DNA of 64,000 nt. Origin: the human T2T-CHM13v2.0 reference genome, Homo sapiens. Below the pieces are notes generated by a model. The model ran no database searches, was not told the DNA's origin, and was given only the letters and a program-made list of their open reading frames with translations. Positions within the stretch are counted from its first letter, which is position 1. Each line of letters opens with the position of its first letter. The translations under genes were made by a program, and so were the position numbers. The stretch lies in the NCBI RefSeq assembly GCF_009914755.1, contig NC_060931.1; one strand, given 5' to 3'. Positions 59,301-64,000 of this stretch are shown here, in pieces.

Positions 59301-61108
59301 ATCACCTGAACTTGTTCGTTCTAACTGGTGCACTGTTGTGAATGTAGGCAAGCCACTTCACATTTCTGGGCTCAGCTTTCTTATCTGTGTAAGAGGTTGG
59401 TATGACGAACATTGCTATGAGCTTGTATTTTGTGAGAATTTTGGTCAGTTGTAAGGCCTTTCCCAATCAAAACTTAGTTTTGTTAAGAAAAGCAAATTCT
59501 GTCCAGACCTACAAATATGACCATAAATGTGTCATAAGATATGAACTTCAAATAGACCTAAAATCCAAACATATTTCTTGTGAGAGCAATATATTCTGAG
59601 TTAGTTTTGAAAAAAAAAACATTTGACACAATACCTACAATTTTGGGTTTTCATTTATACATAGCATAAGGATTGTACATACAAATCTGTTTCTATATTG
59701 ACATATTTTATATTATTAAGCCTTTAAATTCATATGTGCCACCCTAACCATAGATAGTAGACTAAAATGTACTTTTGTAACACTTAGCCCTCAAATGATA
59801 TTTGTACAATTAAACTTTATAAGTTTTCCCATGTAACTTATTTACTTTGGTACAGCTTCTCTGAGATAGCTAATATTATGCCCCGTTTTAAATGCTATAA
59901 ATAGAAATAGTCTAGCTTGGAAAGCTTGATTTTACTACAGCTAAATTTTATTACTGCTAAATGTTTTGTGTACTGTTAGAATTAAGACAACAGAAACTAT
60001 TCATGTGCTTTCTCCCTATTTTTTTCATAATATGTTTTCTAAGGATGATGAAATTATTACTAGGAACACTCTAATGAGAAATATTTTATAATTAATTTCA
60101 TTTGTAATCTGCCTTATAAAATATATTTTAAGAAGTAATATATCAATATAACATCACTAAAATATAGGAAACTAATATTGAACAGAAATCATTGAAATCA
60201 AAGTTAGCAAAAAATGTCTAGAGTTGGGTCTTTGGAGGGTTACCCAGCACAAATGGTAATTACATGGGTAAGGAGATACTATAGGACAAAAGAAAAAAAA
60301 GAGAAGCAGGAAAAAACTATGGCCTATTGTTTCCATAAGTGAGGGATTAAATAAATGTCTAAATGGAAATGTGTATATTGAAAAGAATTAATAAATGAAA
60401 GTGCAATATGTGCATCAAAAGTATGAAACTAGTTAGAAAATTTAGTTAAGTAACATTTAACTCAGAGAGGCAAGTAGAAACCAGGAACAAGTTAAATGGA
60501 AATCTGTGGAAGATTTTGGATGGCGTGATTTAGTCTGGGTTAAAAAAAGAGATGGGGGGGTCAGTATTTCCTTCAAATTCTACATTTAAAACCCATAGGT
60601 TATTCATATAAGGGTTTAAGATGATACTGCCTCATTTAAAAAGTAAAGATACATCAGTGAATTCTAAAGATGTGAATTCTAAGATAAATTCAAATCAATG
60701 CCTTGAACATTATCCAGATAAAAATGGAACAATTAATAAAGTACAGTAACCAAGGTTTAACATGCACAGAAATTGTATATCATTCTAAATAGGTCTTGCC
60801 TCATAGATGGAACTTGATTTATTTCAGACATAAATCCAAAATAACCCTCTACAGAAATATAGGCTGACAAGTATTCAGACACAAGTTTTAGTGTAGCTTA
60901 TACAACATTTTTTCACAGATACCTGAGGGGAAAAAATAAATTCATTAGATATACTAAGAGAAAAAATTAAAACAATTATTCCTGCAAAGCAGCACAACTA
61001 GGAACTTAATAGAGGGGCCAAAGAATTAAAAAAATTTTTTTTCAGAGAATGTCAGTAATCAAAATATCTTTTTTAAAATGTTTTGTCTGTCTCTCTCTCT
61101 CCCTCTTA

Positions 61109-61234
61109 TTTTTTTAAGATGGTGTCTCACAATGTTGCCCAGGCTGGTCTTGAACTCCTGGCCTCAAGCCACTCTCCTGCCTCAGCCTCTCGAGTAGCTG
61201 CGATTACAGACAAGCACAAGCCACTGTGCCTGGC
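61109..61234 (-). mobile_element. FLAM-type Alu monomer
   Basis: tgttgcccaggctggtcttgaactcctggcctcaagc. Confidence 0.85.
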
Positions 61235-62399
61235 TTAAAATACCTTTTTTGACTTAACATTTTTCTTTCTGTTTTTTTTTTCGTTTCCTTTCTTTTCTTC
61301 TCATTACATTAAAGTGATTGCTACAACAAATATTCTATTTACTGAGAACTGAACGGTTATTAAACCAAAGATTGCTATACGTACATGAGCTTGGGGACAT
61401 GAATAAAGTAGATTATTTCAGTATAATTTTAACAAAGAGTTAAGCAAAACACTTTCATAATGAGTCCTAAGGCAAGTGGCAAAAAGGGTTATATGTCACA
61501 ATAGATCTCTCCCATTATGTCTAATATAGGATGGAGTCATCAGATACGAGGTTATTTTAGTTTTTACAACTGAGATAGCAAGGAAAGTAGAAAGTTTACT
61601 AGCATTATCACTTGCCTATATGTCCTAGGTCAATTTAATCATTAATTAAATTTAGTATTTTTTCTTATGAAAACAAAGGATAACATTTCCAATAAAATTC
61701 TGCTAAAAGTTGAATCAATTTTAGCTGTTTGACATATGTTAGACATGGCCAAATATAAAATACATACTTTCTTTTTGTAATATTTGATGGGAAGAATAGA
61801 AATCACAATTTTTCAAAGGAAGTACAAATAAATAGAAACACATATAGGAATTCAGGAGTTATTATATTATCAAAATAATATTAAAGTGTTAATTTTCTAC
61901 TACTACTACTACTAGCTCTATGTAATGCTTACTCTGTACAGGCGACATTCTAAGTGTTTTCCATAGTTTTTCCAGAGTGTTTTCCACCAATTTTGATGAA
62001 ATTTAGTGTTCATTTAAATTAGAATGTATTTATACTTAGTGAAAGCTGAAAATCTGGTAAGGCTAAATTATAGAAGCTATGATTTTCAGAATCTGAATCC
62101 TAATTATTTTTGAATCCGGGGCTATGTTTGGCAGGTGAGGGATAATTTAGGAGTGGGAAGAAATTGAAAAGATAAAAGGTAAAATGGGCATTTATATCCA
62201 TCCAACAGTGTGTTTCACATTATGTGTACATTGTGGATGCTTAATCCACACAAATATTGAGAAGCCACATGGTGTTTCACTGCCAAAGAATTCTCTCTCT
62301 TGAGTAAAGAATGACATGGGTGGAAGTACATAAGGAACAGGGATGCCAAGGAGGAGAGCCACCTGCTCAACAGTTGGCATGACTAATCTCAATGATTTG

Positions 62400-62409
62400 T
62401 CATGAAAAC
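62400..62409 (-). CDS. Candidate coding start of the terminal exon of an unidentified - strand gene (..RFS*); 3' UTR would continue to lower coordinates
   Basis: Acceptor ttgtttcctttacacag|G at 62409. Joined to the 63977 donor it gives ITVNISVRFS* (TGA 62402-62400). Confidence 0.45.
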
Positions 62410-63006
62410 CTGTGTAAAGGAAACAATTAATTGACTAGCTTTCTATAAAAGCAAAAAAAAGATATTTAGTATTACCTCATATGCCCACTCAAATAGGTTT
62501 ATTTGTCAGTTTCATAGGAGTTCCATCAGTATATTTTATTCTGTAAAAAAATTACTTTCCAACTTAACTACTATAGTGATTGCCAAAAGTAAAATTTTTG
62601 AATGCAGATATCAAGGTGTTGAAAGGAAAAAAATGGATATGGTATTTACATAAACTATATTTTGAATTTGGCTATATTTTCAGTTTTGTTCAAAATGATT
62701 TTTATCTGAATATATTAGCTGCCTACTACTTATATACATTCAGGTATATTCTGATGGAATCAGCTCATATAATTAGTAGTTAACTCATTAATAACATTCA
62801 GCACAGACTTAGCTGCTAGGCATCCTAGCCTGTAGCGAGGTGAGGGGAAAGTACTGAGTCTCATTCTATGCCTTAGAGAAATATTGCATTCGGCCCACTA
62901 ATCACACACACTCCAGCATGAAGTTTTCAGCAGGGATGCAATGATATCCTCAACCACCTGTCATCAAGTGGCAGTAACAGCTTTTCATCTTAACCTTCTT
63001 GAGCTT

Positions 63007-63509
63007 TGTGGTAGGCAGAATAATGGCTCCCAAAGACGTCTAGGTCTTAATCTCCAAAATTTGTGAACGTAATTAGGGTACAAAGAAGAATTAAGGTTGC
63101 TAATCAGCTGACCTTTAAATAGGGAGATTACCCTAGCTACACAGGTGAGCCCAATTTAATCACAAGGGTCTTTGAAAATGGAAGAGAGACTGAAGAGAGA
63201 GTCTGAAACATGGCAATGTGAAAACAACGACAACAATAAAAACTTGTCCTGATGTTGCTGGTTTGGACAATGGTGGAAGGGGGCATGAGCCAAGGCAAAC
63301 AGGTGTTCTCCAGAAGCTGGAAAGGCAAGGAAACTGATTCTCCTCTGGAGCTTTCACAAAGCTACATGGCCCTGTCAACACCTTGATTTTAGCCCAGTGA
63401 GAGAGAGTTCAGACTTCTGATTTCCAGAACTATAAGATAATAAGTTTGCCTTGTTTTACACCTCTAAGTCTGTGGTAATTTGTTACAGCAGCATTACAAA
63501 GTTAACACA
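63007..63509 (+). mobile_element. MLT1D solo LTR
   Basis: tgtggtaggcagaataatggc start; gaagctggaaaggcaaggaaac; end tgtggtaatttgttacagcagca..aacaca. Confidence 0.92.
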
Positions 63510-63651
63510 ACCTCCTGTTCCATGAATAGTAGGTAGGAAAATAACACCCCTTTCTTTAAAGGGAACAATAGAATCGTGATTGAAGTCTTTTATTCCCATA
63601 ACCATTTTTAGCTCTTCAACTGAAAATACATAAATGGTGTATAAATACCTA

Positions 63652-63780
63652 TTGACATGAAAGGAAAAATTGAATACTATATATTCAATTGAATACTGAA
63701 ATTCAATTGAAATTCAATTGAAAAATTGAATACTATATATTCAATTTTTGACATGAAAGGAAAAATTGAATACTATATAT
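63652..63780. repeat. 33-bp direct repeat flanking a 63-bp locally templated, palindrome-rich insert
   Basis: ttgacatgaaaggaaaaattgaatactatatat at 63652-63684 and 63748-63780. Confidence 0.9.
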
Positions 63781-63976
63781 GTTTATACTTTCAGTTAATC
63801 AGGGTCATTTAAAATTAAAAGTAAGCATAAACATTTACTTTTAAAATAAAAGATTTCATCACTTTTTCATTCTGGAAAGTTGTTTTATTTCCTAAACTAC
63901 CAATCTACACACCTGGCAAACACTACTTAGAAAAAAGCTCACTCATTTCATAAATTAGCCCTGTATTTTTTCTTAC

Positions 63977-64000
63977 CTCACTGAAATATTAACAGTTATA
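63977..64000 (-). CDS. 3' part of a candidate - strand exon running off the window
   Basis: Donor GAG|gtaaga at 63977/63976. Only one of three frames is open (ITVNISV, phase 2). Only 24 bp are visible. Confidence 0.45.

Noticed and set aside
62192-62392. 66-aa ORF (..PTVEQVALLLGIPVPYVLPP..GWI*) as a coding terminal exon
   Set aside because: It needs phase 1, but the nearest upstream donor exon has stops in that phase. More likely 3' UTR, though use with another upstream exon is not excluded.

Overview
AT-rich primate, almost certainly human, genomic DNA (a near-consensus AluYa-type element is present). There are no prokaryotic features. The window appears to lie between the 3' ends of two convergent genes that I could not name: a + strand gene with candidate last exons at 687-824 and 3822-~3935, and a - strand gene with a splice donor at 63977 and a candidate terminal exon starting at 62409. 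The best-supported gene-like feature is a 2.2-kb processed pseudogene of TMEM198B (4907-7170) with polyA tail and target-site duplication (TSD). The rest is mostly transposon debris: a near-full-length L1MD-type LINE with nested MER75, ERV1 LTR, L1MA and Alu insertions; a 5'-inverted L1PA4; an L1PA8 carrying an AluY; plus Tiggers, MER5A, MLT1/MST LTRs, MIRs and microsatellites. Most ORF-track ORFs are repeat-derived or random. I found no convincing new biological system. Items most worth follow-up are a perfect 30-bp-arm hairpin inside the old L1, the TMEM198B retrocopy, a foreign patch in the L1PA4, several template-switch scars, and candidate alternative 3' exons. Repeat subfamily names come from remembered consensus sequences, and boundaries of old repeats are approximate.
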